From the NCBI GenBank assembly GCA_963708185.1, contig OY970195.1:288001-352000 (forward strand): a stretch of DNA of 64,000 nucleotides. The letters are read 5' to 3'. The DNA is from Candidatus Peregrinibacteria bacterium (GTDB taxonomy: Bacteria; Patescibacteriota; Gracilibacteria; UBA1369). The stretch's first letter is position 1. Every line of letters starts with the position of its first letter. Shown in pieces: positions 9,064 through 20,537 of the stretch. A model generated the notes under the pieces. The model worked only from the letters and a program-made list of their open reading frames with translations. It ran no database searches and was not told the DNA's origin. The translations under genes and the position numbers were made by a program.

Positions 9064-10476
9064 ATGGAAATTCTACTTCCACTCTTGGGCCTCGCTTATT
9101 TTGTTTTTGCTTTGACCAACTTGAGGTTTGCGGTTCTGCTTTTGCCGCTTTTTTTTCCTGCATATCTTCTGAAGTTTGACGTCGGAGGGGTTCCTTTCCC
9201 TCTCGTGGAGGTTTTTATCTATGCGACGACTCTGGCTTGTGTTTTGCGGACGGTCTACGACCTTGTCAAGAAAAAATTGTCGTGGAAAGAGCTTTTCGCG
9301 CCTTATAAAAGCAGTTTGTTATGGGCCGTAGCCGGCATTGTCGTTGCCGCGGTGGTTTCAACCGTCATCACGCCCCAGTCAGTCGTGATGATGGACGGCA
9401 ATACCGTTTTTTACGGGAGAAAAGTCGCTTTGGGGATTCTTAAGAGTTGGATCATCGCCCCGCTCTTGATGTTGGGCCTTTTTGCCTGGATTATGAAAAC
9501 CAGTGAAGACATGGAGTTTGCGTTGAACAGTTACACCGTTTCAGCTGTGGTCTTGGCTGGATGGGGGATTTATCAGGTTTTAACCGGCCGGTACATCACT
9601 CCGGACGGCAGAGCGTCCGGGCCTTTCAACTCGGCCAATTATCTGGCGCTCTTTATCGCGCCGGCTTTATTTTATGCTTTGGTGCGTGCGAAGGATTGTA
9701 TCGTGACGCATGAAAACTCCTGGTTCCAGAGAATTTTGCATATTTTCCGCCGTCCGCAGGAACAACGGGAAAGGTTCATGTATGCCCTTGCCTGGAGCGG
9801 AGGTTTCCTGTTGTTGTTGTTCGGACTTTTGTTTACCAAATCGTATGCCGCTTTTCTTGCCGTCTTCGTAGTGTGTCTCATGTGGGGAGCGGTTCAGGTC
9901 AAAAACTGGAAAAAGTTTCCATGGAAAGTTTTGTTGATCCTTGTGGGAATCGTTGTTTTGTTGGGCATTGGACTGATAGCGTTGGACCCGGTCAAATGGC
10001 AGAAGTTTTTTGAACTGACGACGCGAACGTCTTCGGGTGTGAGAGTCGAAATTTATACGATTGCATCGGGGCTGCTGCTGCAACACCCTTTCCTGGGCAT
10101 TGGGCTGGGAATGTTCCCTGCGGCGTATCAGCTCCAAGGGCCCGTTATTCTCGGGCATAACCCCTATGAGTGGAACATGCTTCATCCCCATAACGAATTT
10201 CTGGCTTTCTGGCTGAATCTGGGGCTGATCGGCTTCGCAAGCTTTCTCTGGGTCATAAAGGTGTGTTTTCAAAAAGCCTGGAACTCTTTCAGGAACTTCA
10301 GGCATTTACAGCAAAACGGCCTTCAATGGTTCCAGGCGGTCGGATTCCTGATGTTCCTTATCGTTCTTTTCCACGGACTTGTGGACACGCCTTTCTTTAA
10401 AAACGATCTCGCCTTGATGTTCTGGCTGATCGTGAGCGTGATCGTCCTTCCCGTTTCGCGCAAGAAGGACTCGTGA
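9064..10476 (+). CDS. O-antigen ligase / oligosaccharyltransferase family membrane protein
   Basis: Multi-TM; RASGPFNSANYLA, HPFLGIGLG, HPHNEFL and FHGLVDTPFFKNDL. ATG at 9064 chosen as start. Confidence 0.88.
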   Translation: MEILLPLLGLAYFVFALTNLRFAVLLLPLFFPAYLLKFDVGGVPFPLVEVFIYATTLACVLRTVYDLVKKKLSWKELFAPYKSSLLWAVAGIVVAAVVSTVITPQSVVMMDGNTVFYGRKVALGILKSWIIAPLLMLGLFAWIMKTSEDMEFALNSYTVSAVVLAGWGIYQVLTGRYITPDGRASGPFNSANYLALFIAPALFYALVRAKDCIVTHENSWFQRILHIFRRPQEQRERFMYALAWSGGFLLLLFGLLFTKSYAAFLAVFVVCLMWGAVQVKNWKKFPWKVLLILVGIVVLLGIGLIALDPVKWQKFFELTTRTSSGVRVEIYTIASGLLLQHPFLGIGLGMFPAAYQLQGPVILGHNPYEWNMLHPHNEFLAFWLNLGLIGFASFLWVIKVCFQKAWNSFRNFRHLQQNGLQWFQAVGFLMFLIVLFHGLVDTPFFKNDLALMFWLIVSVIVLPVSRKKDS

Positions 10477-10479
10477 GGT

Positions 10480-11313
10480 TTATTTTTGTGGTTTATCGCT
10501 TTTTCTTTTTGCCATGGGGCCCGATGGAATTGTCGGGCGGTCATTTTGGTCCGGGTTTTCTTCCGTGGCCGGAGGATAAGGGGGCGGGAGCATGGCGTGA
10601 CTCGCGGCTTGTGAGACGGAAGCTCTGATTTTTGATATTTTCGCGGAAGCGGCCTCGGGGGTTCCGTACTGTTGTGAGAGTTCAACGATTTTTGCGCGGA
10701 TTTTGTTAAGAACCTCGCGTCTTGTTTCCTCAACTAATTCATTGTGATTCGAAGGTTTTTTTTCGGGAGCGTGAGGCGCCAAAAGGAGATCCATGTTGTC
10801 GGGTTCGTATGTCGGGATATTCCTGAATTCTCGATGATCCTGATTGATGAATGAAATAATTTCCGGTTCGAGAATGAACAGTGTTGAGGGTTCCAACGCG
10901 GACCACTCGTCAATTTCGTCCAGTACAAGACGCGCAAGTTCAATATTGATTGCCTCCGGGCTCGGCAGAGGTCCGTACAATGTGCCGCCGGATCTATCGA
11001 GGATTTTTCCTGAAATGAAAGTGAGCATGCTCCTGCGTTCGCTGGAATCGGTTTCGGTTATTTTCAAAGGCAGCAGTTTCCACGTATCGAAAGCCTTCAG
11101 CAGTGTCCCCCCGATTTCCCAGACGATTCTTTTTTCGCCCGGCATTTTTTCGAACCGTTGGTGCGTCTTCGCGAGTTCCAGCCTTTTTTTCGCGTCGATG
11201 CGATAGGTACCCGTAATTTTCCCTCTGTTTTCCGGGGGGATGGTTTGAGAATAGCGAGGCTTAGGGGCTTCGGATATTTTTTTCCTTAAGCGCTTTTTAA
11301 GGCGTTCGAACAT
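10480..11313 (-). CDS. Hypothetical protein (277 aa)
   Basis: Only substantial ORF in the gap, with an AT-rich upstream region; no recognisable family. Confidence 0.65.
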   Translation of the reverse strand: MFERLKKRLRKKISEAPKPRYSQTIPPENRGKITGTYRIDAKKRLELAKTHQRFEKMPGEKRIVWEIGGTLLKAFDTWKLLPLKITETDSSERRSMLTFISGKILDRSGGTLYGPLPSPEAINIELARLVLDEIDEWSALEPSTLFILEPEIISFINQDHREFRNIPTYEPDNMDLLLAPHAPEKKPSNHNELVEETRREVLNKIRAKIVELSQQYGTPEAASAKISKIRASVSQAASHAMLPPPYPPATEENPDQNDRPTIPSGPMAKRKSDKPQK

Positions 11314-11474
11314 AAAAACTCAAAGTTGGGGGTCGAGAATGTAAGAGGGTTCGAAGGGTTTATTTTTTGATTTTATAACATGGGGATTTTACACGAAATT
11401 CTCTCATATAGAAAACTTTTCTTTAAAATGATACAGTATCATTGCAAAAATATTGTGATACTTCCGTGAAATTT

Positions 11475-11852
11475 ATGGAGATTCTGACGACAATTTCCGG
11501 CACCGTGATGAAAGGCGTGCTGATGGGACGCAAAATGGGTTTTCCGACCATCAATGTTGCTTTCGATTCAACGGATCTGCCTTTTGGGGTTTATGCCGTG
11601 AGGGTGTATACTTCTGATGGTGTCTATAAAGGAGCGCTTCATTTTGGGCCCCGCAAAGTTTTGGGACTGATGGAGCCTTCGCTTGAAGTCCATCTTTTGG
11701 ATTTTTCCGGTGATCTTTACGGGCAGAAAGTGAAAATCGACGTGTTTGAAAAAATAAGGGACACAAAGGATTTTGATGATATGGATGCCATGAAGCGGCA
11801 AATCCGGTTCGATGTCGACGCGGTGAGGGCTACCGATATACCATTGCAGTGA
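11475..11852 (+). CDS. ribF: Riboflavin kinase (monofunctional, RibF C-terminal domain only)
   Basis: GRKMGFPTIN, GVYAV and EVHLLDFSGDLYG; no FAD-synthetase domain. Confidence 0.9.
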   Translation: MEILTTISGTVMKGVLMGRKMGFPTINVAFDSTDLPFGVYAVRVYTSDGVYKGALHFGPRKVLGLMEPSLEVHLLDFSGDLYGQKVKIDVFEKIRDTKDFDDMDAMKRQIRFDVDAVRATDIPLQ

Positions 11853-11855
11853 CGT

Positions 11856-13208
11856 ATGATCATTTCTTACCTCAGGAAAAAAATATCTCCGAATAATCCT
11901 TTGCGTCTCTTGTACCATCAGGTGATGGCTTTTTTTGCAGCCACGTATTACCGGTTTCCTTCCAAGTATTTGAACGTTATCGGTGTTACCGGAACGAAAG
12001 GCAAGACGACAACGACGAACCTTATCGCGGCCGTTCTTTCGGAGGCGGGATACAAGGTTGGAATGACCTCCACCATTCTTTTCCAGGTCGGCGATACCAA
12101 GTGGACCAATCTGACCAAGCAGACGACGCTCGGTCCTTTTTTTCTGCAAAAAATGCTCAGACAAATGGTCGATCAAGGCTGTACTCACGCAGTACTTGAA
12201 GTTTCGTCACATGCCATTCACCAGAACCGCATCTGGGGAATCAATTTTGATACGGCGGTTTTGACGAATATCGGCGAAGACCATCTTGAATATCACGGCG
12301 GGTTTGATCAATACCTCCACACGAAGGGAGTTTTATTTTCGCGTCTCAACCGGTCCCCGCGGAAATCCCATATTCCCAAAGTGGCGGTGTTGAATAAAGA
12401 CGACGCGCATTTTGTCTATTTCGATCAATTCCTCGTTGATCGAGAATATACTTACGGCATGGGGGGCGGCACGTGTTACGGTTCCGACGTTCATCTGACG
12501 CCTTCGGGTTGTGATTTTACGCTGCACGTTCCCAACAATCAGATCGATATCCAGTTGAAAATTCCCGGAGAGTTCAACGTCTATAATTCTTTGGCGGCTG
12601 CCACGGTCGGGCTAGTCAACAACATCAATCTTAACGTCATCAAGTCCGCCCTGGAAAAGGCTTCGGCCATTCCCGGAAGGTTTGAGGCGATCGACTGCGG
12701 ACAGAAATATACGATTATCGTGGATTATGCCCATACCCACGAATCCCTGGATAAACTTCTGTCTTTATATAAGAAGCTGACCAAAGGGAAACTTTACGTT
12801 GTTTTCGGGGCAACAGGAGGCGGGAGAGATAAGGCCAAGCGGCCCAAAATGGGAGCGGTGGCGGATAAGTACGCCGATTATGTGATTGCGACGAATGACG
12901 ATCCTTACGAGGAAGACCAGTGGAAAATCATCGAAGACATTGCCGGGGGAATCAAACGTAAGGAAGGCGACAGGTTCTGGAAGATTCCCCACAGGCTTGA
13001 AGCCATCAAACTTGCTTTAACGATGGCGGAAGCAGGAGATACGGTCATTGTCGCCGGGAAGGGTTCGGAAGAGATCCAGATGATCGGGGACGAGAAGATT
13101 CCCTGGGATGACCGTAAAGTCGTCCGCGAACTTCTTGCCCGAGAGATGCGAGTGGAGATCAAACCCGGGAGGTTCGAGGAAAAGCAGAACGTTTACATGA
13201 AAAATTAG
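11856..13208 (+). CDS. murE: UDP-N-acetylmuramoyl-tripeptide synthetase
   Basis: GVTGTKGKTTT, LEVSSH, VDYAHT, GGRDKAKRPKMG, NDDPYEE and AGKG.E. Confidence 0.95.
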   Translation: MIISYLRKKISPNNPLRLLYHQVMAFFAATYYRFPSKYLNVIGVTGTKGKTTTTNLIAAVLSEAGYKVGMTSTILFQVGDTKWTNLTKQTTLGPFFLQKMLRQMVDQGCTHAVLEVSSHAIHQNRIWGINFDTAVLTNIGEDHLEYHGGFDQYLHTKGVLFSRLNRSPRKSHIPKVAVLNKDDAHFVYFDQFLVDREYTYGMGGGTCYGSDVHLTPSGCDFTLHVPNNQIDIQLKIPGEFNVYNSLAAATVGLVNNINLNVIKSALEKASAIPGRFEAIDCGQKYTIIVDYAHTHESLDKLLSLYKKLTKGKLYVVFGATGGGRDKAKRPKMGAVADKYADYVIATNDDPYEEDQWKIIEDIAGGIKRKEGDRFWKIPHRLEAIKLALTMAEAGDTVIVAGKGSEEIQMIGDEKIPWDDRKVVRELLAREMRVEIKPGRFEEKQNVYMKN

Positions 13209-13210
13209 TT

Positions 13211-14116
13211 ATGGCTGTTCGTTCCAACCGGGATGATTTTGGGTTTTTGCTCATCGATAAACCAAAAGAGGTGAGTTCTTTTTACGTTGTCCGGACTTTG
13301 CGGAAGCTCTTGGACATGAAACGGATCGGGTATGCCGGAACGCTCGATCCGCTGGCCACAGGGTTGATGATCGTGGCGGTGGGAGAAGCGACGAAGCTTT
13401 TGAATGCGCTTGAGCAGACCGATAAAGTTTATGACGTGGTTATCCGTCTCGGCGCAAGGTCGGAAACGTATGACGCTGAAGGACCTGTCGTAATGTCGGA
13501 TGTTTCTCCGGAAGTTCCAAGAGAAGTGATCGAAAAAGTCATCAGAGCGGATTTCCTGGGGAAACGCCGGCAGATTCCACCGCGTTATTCCGCGGTGAAG
13601 ATCGGAGGGAAGCATGCGTATGAACTGGTGAGAAAAGGGAAAGAAGTCAATATTCCCGCCAAGGACGTGGAGTTTTTCGACGTTCAGGTTCGATCGTTTG
13701 AATATCCCTTGCTTGAATGCTCGGTGCATTGCAGCGCGGGCACCTATATAAGAAGTTTTGCCAGTGACCTTGGCGAGAAGCTGGGGTGCGGCGCTTACGT
13801 GGCCGAACTCCGCCGTACCAAAATCGGGGAACACCTTCTGGCCGATGCCGTGGCTTTGGATAAACTGACGCCGCAGAACTGCCGGGAACATATTGTCCCT
13901 CCGGAAAAATTCTTGAAGGACTGGAGACAATGCGAGGTTGATGCCAAGGAGTACGGATTGCTTTGTCACGGCGGATTCATTCCCAATCGCTGGAAGGAAA
14001 AGCTTCGTGATGTTTCGTCGGCCCTGGCCGTTTTTGAAGGAAAAACCGTGGGTCTTCTCGAGCCGTGCGAAGAGGGACGTTCGTTAAAATTCGCGAAGAA
14101 ATTCAATTTAGGTTAA
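13211..14116 (+). CDS. truB: tRNA pseudouridine(55) synthase
   Basis: LIDKP, GYAGTLDPLATG, PPRYSAVK, CSAGTYIRS and LRRT. Confidence 0.96.
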   Translation: MAVRSNRDDFGFLLIDKPKEVSSFYVVRTLRKLLDMKRIGYAGTLDPLATGLMIVAVGEATKLLNALEQTDKVYDVVIRLGARSETYDAEGPVVMSDVSPEVPREVIEKVIRADFLGKRRQIPPRYSAVKIGGKHAYELVRKGKEVNIPAKDVEFFDVQVRSFEYPLLECSVHCSAGTYIRSFASDLGEKLGCGAYVAELRRTKIGEHLLADAVALDKLTPQNCREHIVPPEKFLKDWRQCEVDAKEYGLLCHGGFIPNRWKEKLRDVSSALAVFEGKTVGLLEPCEEGRSLKFAKKFNLG

Positions 14117-14117
14117 A

Positions 14118-15215
14118 ATGGGTCGCGTCATTCAGATTTCAGCTATGAATCAGTATATTGTTCCGGCAATTTTTGCTTTTCTGGCCACGATCGTTCTGGT
14201 GAAACTCGCCCTGAAGTTTTTTCCGAAATTCGGACTGATGGACAGACCTGAGCGTTACGGATTGAGACGTAAGCCGATCCCTTATTATGGAGGACTTGTC
14301 ATCGTCACGGTGTTTTTCCTTTCGGTCGTTTTGTTCGTTCCGCTCGACGCTCATGTTCTGGCGATGATTTTTGGTGCACTGCTCATCGCGAGCGTGAGTT
14401 TTGCCGACGACATGTTCAGTTTGAGTCCGTATTTTCGTCTTTTTATCCAGATTTTGGCTGCTTTGATTCTCGTGATCGCCGGAGTCGGCATTACTTCGAT
14501 TTCCAATCCGTTCGGTGCGGCGATCGTCCTGGACGCCCAGAAGTTCACGATGAATTTCGGCAGCGGAGGCGTGTTGAGTATTTCTCTGTTGGTGGCTTTG
14601 TTTACCATTGTATGGGTGGTGGCGATCGTAAATACGATGAATTTTCTGGACGGACTGAACGGTCTCCCCAGCGGAGTCTCGGCCATCGCAGCGTTGACGT
14701 TGTTTTTTTTGAGTGTGAGACCGGGGATCCACTATGACGCTTCCAACCAGGTTTCCGTTGCCATGATCAGTATTATTTTTTTTGCAACGACTGCTGCTTT
14801 CGCCATTTTCGATTTTTATCCGGCAAAAATTTTGATGGGGGATACGGGGAGTATGTTCTTGGGTTTCGTCATAGCGACCCTGGCAATTTTTTCGGGTGGA
14901 AAGGTCGCAACCGCTTTCCTGGTCTTGGGATTCCCGATTCTTGATGCCGTATGGGTCATCACCCGCCGTATTGTGGAAGGACGGTCTCCTTTTAAAGGAG
15001 ATCTGAAGCATCTGCACCACCGTTTGGTGACGATGGGATTGAGCCAGCGTAAAGCGGTATTGCTCATGTACGGTCTCAGTGCGCTGTTCGGACTTTCGGC
15101 AGTTTTCCTGGATACCCAGCAGAAACTTTATGCCATGGGGCTTCTCGTTTTGGCCATGGTGGCTCTCGGTGGTTATGCGGTCTATCTTGGAAAGGATAAA
15201 ATACCATTAAAATAG
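14118..15215 (+). CDS. wecA: Undecaprenyl-phosphate GlcNAc-1-phosphate transferase (MraY/WecA/TagO family)
   Basis: PYYGG, ADD, NFLDGLNGL, LMGDTGSMFLG and HLHHRL. Confidence 0.9.
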   Translation: MGRVIQISAMNQYIVPAIFAFLATIVLVKLALKFFPKFGLMDRPERYGLRRKPIPYYGGLVIVTVFFLSVVLFVPLDAHVLAMIFGALLIASVSFADDMFSLSPYFRLFIQILAALILVIAGVGITSISNPFGAAIVLDAQKFTMNFGSGGVLSISLLVALFTIVWVVAIVNTMNFLDGLNGLPSGVSAIAALTLFFLSVRPGIHYDASNQVSVAMISIIFFATTAAFAIFDFYPAKILMGDTGSMFLGFVIATLAIFSGGKVATAFLVLGFPILDAVWVITRRIVEGRSPFKGDLKHLHHRLVTMGLSQRKAVLLMYGLSALFGLSAVFLDTQQKLYAMGLLVLAMVALGGYAVYLGKDKIPLK

Positions 15216-15239
15216 GCTTTAGCAAACGCAGGGGGAGTC

Positions 15240-15269
15240 TTGCATTTCAAAGGTTTTTAGGGGTATAAC
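15240..15269 (+). promoter_or_regulatory. Probable promoter for the dnaG-rpoD operon
   Basis: TTGCAT-18 nt-TATAAC. Confidence 0.45.
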
Positions 15270-15292
15270 ATATTGCCCGGTAAAAGTTTTTT

Positions 15293-17065
15293 ATGGTTGA
15301 TGCAGTTCAGGAAATCAAGGCAAAACTCTCAATTGAGGATGTTGTTCGGCAGTATGTCCAGCTCAAAAAAGCCGGGAGGAGTCTCAAGGGACTGTGTCCT
15401 TTTCATGCTGAAAAATCTCCGAGTTTTGTCGTATCACCCGAGCGGGGCATAGCGTATTGTTTCGGCTGTCATAAGGGAGGAGATATTTTTGCTTTCATTC
15501 AGGAAATCGAAGGCGTGGATTTCGTGGATGCTCTGAAGATGTTCGCCGAGCGCACAGGAGTCGAGCTCCAGCAATATGAAGCGCAGCGGAGCGTTCCAAA
15601 GAGTGAAAAGGATCAGCTTTTTCACGTTCATGATCTCGTGGCGAAATTTTACCAGAAACATCTCTGGGAAACTGCCGACGGGCAGAAGGTTCTTGAATAC
15701 CTTCATAAAAGGGGAATGAGCGACGAAACGATCAGGCTTTTTCATGTCGGCTTCGCTCCCGATTCGTTCGATGCAACGCACACGATGCTGCTCAAGGAAG
15801 GCTTCACGAAAAAAATGCTGGTGTCTTCAGGACTCGCCCTCACGCAGGAGACCACCGTTGATAAGATTTACGACCGTTTTCGAGGGAGACTGATGTTTCC
15901 CATCATGGACCATATGGGTCGCATCGTCGGTTTCGGCGGACGAGCCCTGAAAAAAGATCAGGAACCGAAATATCTCAATTCGCCCGAAACCGCGATTTAC
16001 CATAAAGGGAACGTTCTGTACGGTTTTTCTTATTCCAAGCCCGCCATCAAAGAAAAAAGATCCGTCATCTTGGTGGAAGGCTATATGGACATGATTGCAG
16101 CATTTCAGTCCGGGCTCACCAACGTGGTGGCGACCTCCGGTACCGCCATGACGATTCAGCAGTTGCGACACCTTCAGCCTTTCGTGACAACGGTTTATCT
16201 GGCTTTTGATATGGACAATGCTGGCCAGGAAGCCGCAAAACGCGCTTTCGATTTGATGCAGGAGTATGATTTTACCGTTCGGGTGATCACTCTTCCCGAA
16301 GGGAAAGATATTGCCGAATACGCCAAGACCCATGCCGCTGAACTGCCAAAAGTTCTTGAGGGGGCAGTGACTTACGGGGACTATTTTTATCAAAAACTTC
16401 TCAATACCTACGGTACGGAAGACATCGTGAATAAAAGGAAGATTCTCCAGGAGTTTTTTCCTTTTTTGGGATCGTTGAAGAGTGCGATCCAGAAAGACGA
16501 GTACGTAAGGCGTTTTGCCCATGATCTTCATCTTGATGAGAAGCAGATTTACGACGAGATGAAGAGTTTCAAGTTGCCTTTTCATCATCCCGCCCGGAAA
16601 TACAGCGGTCTGGATACTCCGGTTGAGCCGAAAACGAGAAAGTTTTCCGCAGACAGTCTGTTGATGGGTTTTTTGATCGAATTTCCAAGAATCGGGCAGC
16701 TTTTTTCTGACCGATTGACTGAAGAGTATTTTTCTGACGAATTAAAACCTATTTACAAGGTTTTTAGCGATCAGTATAATGGGCAAGGTATTCAAGAGGT
16801 GAAGGATTTTTTGGCGTCTTTGCCTCATGAACAAGCCGAAAAAGCGTCTCTCCTTTCACTCTATATTCATGAGATTTATGGTGAAGTGGGGGAAGAAGCT
16901 GCGGAACATGAGATAAAGGTATTGATTGACAAAATTGTAAAAACTGATGTTCGTAATAAAAGAAACGAGCTACAGTTCAAGATTGAAACCGCGGAAAAAG
17001 AGGGACGTAAAGATGAATATCTTCTGCTCCTCCAGGAGCTTCACAATCTGAACAGCAAGGTTTAA
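15293..17065 (+). CDS. dnaG: DNA primase
   Basis: CPFHAEKSPSF...CFGC zinc finger, DRFRGRLMFPI, KYLNSPET, VEGYMD and FDMDNAG. Confidence 0.98.
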   Translation: MVDAVQEIKAKLSIEDVVRQYVQLKKAGRSLKGLCPFHAEKSPSFVVSPERGIAYCFGCHKGGDIFAFIQEIEGVDFVDALKMFAERTGVELQQYEAQRSVPKSEKDQLFHVHDLVAKFYQKHLWETADGQKVLEYLHKRGMSDETIRLFHVGFAPDSFDATHTMLLKEGFTKKMLVSSGLALTQETTVDKIYDRFRGRLMFPIMDHMGRIVGFGGRALKKDQEPKYLNSPETAIYHKGNVLYGFSYSKPAIKEKRSVILVEGYMDMIAAFQSGLTNVVATSGTAMTIQQLRHLQPFVTTVYLAFDMDNAGQEAAKRAFDLMQEYDFTVRVITLPEGKDIAEYAKTHAAELPKVLEGAVTYGDYFYQKLLNTYGTEDIVNKRKILQEFFPFLGSLKSAIQKDEYVRRFAHDLHLDEKQIYDEMKSFKLPFHHPARKYSGLDTPVEPKTRKFSADSLLMGFLIEFPRIGQLFSDRLTEEYFSDELKPIYKVFSDQYNGQGIQEVKDFLASLPHEQAEKASLLSLYIHEIYGEVGEEAAEHEIKVLIDKIVKTDVRNKRNELQFKIETAEKEGRKDEYLLLLQELHNLNSKV

Positions 17066-17086
17066 CGTTAACCCCACTCTCTTTAT

Positions 17087-18219
<1,133 letters not shown>

Positions 18220-18257
18220 AGTTCGTCATTTCATTACTTATTAATAATTCCCGACCC

Positions 18258-18764
18258 ATGGCAGACGCAAAAACTCAAAATCCGCCGGTTGAAGAAAAAT
18301 CCATTCTTGTAACCAAGGAGGGTTTGAAAAAACTTACCGAAGAACTGGATGACCTCAGAAACGTCAAACGCAGAGAGGTTGCTGAACGCATCAAGGAAGC
18401 CATTTCCTACGGCGATCTTTCGGAAAATTCGGAATACGAGGAAGCCAAGAACGAACAGGCTTTCGTGGAAGGCAGAATCATTGAACTCGAAGAAAAGGTC
18501 AAATATGCCAAGATCATTACAGAAAAGCATCAGGTGGCTTCCGTCCAGCTCGGGACCAAGGTTATCGTCAAGAACATGAGCAGACGCAACGCTCAGCCCG
18601 AGGAATATACCATCGTCGGTTCAACGGAAGCGGACCCTCTTTTCCATAAAATTTCGAACGAGTCACCGGTGGGCCGCGCTCTTTTGGACAGGAAAGTTGG
18701 GGAGAAGGTGAAGGTTCACATTCCTGCAGGATCGGTGGAATATGAAATTCTCAAGTTAGAATAA
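18258..18764 (+). CDS. greA: Transcription elongation factor GreA
   Basis: GDLSENSEY, YTIVGSTEADP and ISNESPVGRAL. Confidence 0.97.
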   Translation: MADAKTQNPPVEEKSILVTKEGLKKLTEELDDLRNVKRREVAERIKEAISYGDLSENSEYEEAKNEQAFVEGRIIELEEKVKYAKIITEKHQVASVQLGTKVIVKNMSRRNAQPEEYTIVGSTEADPLFHKISNESPVGRALLDRKVGEKVKVHIPAGSVEYEILKLE

Positions 18765-20101
18765 TGGCATCAAAAACTTTTGGCAGGCTACTTCTCAAGA
18801 CATTCGGTGTTTTGGCATTTTGCACCGTTTCCGCCTACGCGCTTTTTTTAGCATACGGATATAACGTCGATCTCGCGAATCGTCATATTGAAAAAACGAG
18901 CATCATTGACGTTGCAAGCCGTTATCCCGACGTCCGCGTCTATCTCGACGACAAGCTGGTCGGCAACAGCATTCCTCTCCAGATGAAGGACCTTTTGCCG
19001 GGGTTTTACGATCTTACGATGAGCAAACTGGGTTACCTTCCCTGGAGCCGGAAACTGGAGGTCCAGACCGACATCGTAACGAAAGTGGATGACGTTCTCT
19101 TGGTCCCTGATCATCCGGACACGCTTGTCCAGCAGCTGGCCCATTTTCCGCTGCAAAGCAAATATTATTTTAGTAAGGACTTTTTTATCGTTTTAACGCC
19201 CGACAGCGATTACCTCACGCTGGTGTATCTGCTTGATAACGGAGCCATGAAGGAAGAGGAACTCAAACTTTCAAAACAGGATATCCAGGACATCCAGATT
19301 TTTAATCCCCAACAGTATCTCATCACATTTCATGACGGAAGTTACGAGTGGGTTGAATTCAACGGTCCAAGGTTTATCGATTTTTCTCTTCCCAAAGGTT
19401 CAAGTCAGCTCCAGCTTGTTCCCGAACAGAACGTTTCGTATTTCCTGTCGGAAGGAAACCTTTACAGTGTTCCGATTGATCTTCTCTCAACGCTTACCGT
19501 CAAGAATCTTGCGACGTTCCTGTTGATCAAGAACGTTGACCAGTTCGACGTTCACGCCAACAGGCTCGTCTACGTTTCCAAAGGGATGGCCTATGCCGCG
19601 GACACCCATGGTAAAAACATCAGGCTTCTGGATCGTTCATATACCGTTTCGTATATACGATATGTGCCTTTTACGGCTTTCCCAGGAGGTCTTTACGTGG
19701 TCCGTGCCGTTGACGATAAAAGGTTTTTGTATTCGGTTGATGACCGCGGGAATTCGACGCTCCTCACGCCTCAATTGAAAGACGATGTTTTCCAGGATAA
19801 CTCCGGAAGGGTGCTTTTTAGCGATGAAAGCGGGAACGTTTTTATCTATAGACCCCTTCTCAAGAAGAAAAGTCTCGTGACCACGCTGCCGCCGGACTTC
19901 ACGCTGCTGGGGTTCCTTTTCGATGACGGACATTTCCTGTATGTGAAGCAGCAACAACTTTTTTTGGCCGACAGTTCGTATACAAATGTGTATCCTTTAT
20001 TGGATACGGTGGAAAACACCCGATATTTTCTTCAGAAAGGTGCGGTCTTTTCCCTCGTCGACAATAAGTTCAAATCGTTCTTTCTTCTGCCAAGGAACTA
20101 G
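18764..20101 (+). CDS. PEGA-domain membrane-anchored protein with beta-rich C-terminus
   Basis: N-terminal TM plus AYGY, then PEGA-like VYLDDK...LLPGFYDLTMSKLGYLPW. This type of gene is common downstream of greA in CPR. Confidence 0.8.
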   Translation: MASKTFGRLLLKTFGVLAFCTVSAYALFLAYGYNVDLANRHIEKTSIIDVASRYPDVRVYLDDKLVGNSIPLQMKDLLPGFYDLTMSKLGYLPWSRKLEVQTDIVTKVDDVLLVPDHPDTLVQQLAHFPLQSKYYFSKDFFIVLTPDSDYLTLVYLLDNGAMKEEELKLSKQDIQDIQIFNPQQYLITFHDGSYEWVEFNGPRFIDFSLPKGSSQLQLVPEQNVSYFLSEGNLYSVPIDLLSTLTVKNLATFLLIKNVDQFDVHANRLVYVSKGMAYAADTHGKNIRLLDRSYTVSYIRYVPFTAFPGGLYVVRAVDDKRFLYSVDDRGNSTLLTPQLKDDVFQDNSGRVLFSDESGNVFIYRPLLKKKSLVTTLPPDFTLLGFLFDDGHFLYVKQQQLFLADSSYTNVYPLLDTVENTRYFLQKGAVFSLVDNKFKSFFLLPRN

Positions 20102-20514
20102 CGTTTTTTCTTGTGTTTCCTGGGAAGATACCTGTTAAGTTTAAGCTGCTCTTCGTGGTGTTTTTTGTCAGCCGGGTAGACTTTAAAATAAAGCTGGGCG
20201 TAGTGGAAAGCCACGTAAGCGGCGTAAGCAAAAATGAGGTAGTTGAGGAAACGCATAGAAAGGTAGGGCATCCGTTCAAAACGTACCAGAACGTAAATCG
20301 CTTCCATGAAAGCAATGGCGAAGAGTTTTCCCGGAAGATCGCGGAAGAGTTTCCTGAAAATTTTGTCCTCCTTGTGTTTTTTCAGGAATATTTTCAGCGC
20401 GATCGCTCCGGCGACGAGGAGGACGACGGCCGCGATGAATACATAGAGAAATTTGAAAGGTCCGGTTGGGTTTGAAGCAAAAAAGTACTGGTAGACGGTC
20501 GAGAGAAATGACAT
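20098..20514 (-). CDS. Hypothetical membrane protein (3 TM)
   Basis: Hydrophobic helices, MPYLSMRF and C-terminal RYLP; co-oriented with lgt. Confidence 0.8.
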   Translation of the reverse strand: MSFLSTVYQYFFASNPTGPFKFLYVFIAAVVLLVAGAIALKIFLKKHKEDKIFRKLFRDLPGKLFAIAFMEAIYVLVRFERMPYLSMRFLNYLIFAYAAYVAFHYAQLYFKVYPADKKHHEEQLKLNRYLPRKHKKKR

Positions 20515-20537
20515 GATTCGGATGTTTTAATGAATAA

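Noticed and set aside
11250-11313. Possible fourth copy of the N-terminal leader in the 277-aa ORF (MFERLKKRLRKKISEAPKP)
   Set aside because: It lacks the hydrophobic-hydrophobic-aromatic core and the spacing differs.
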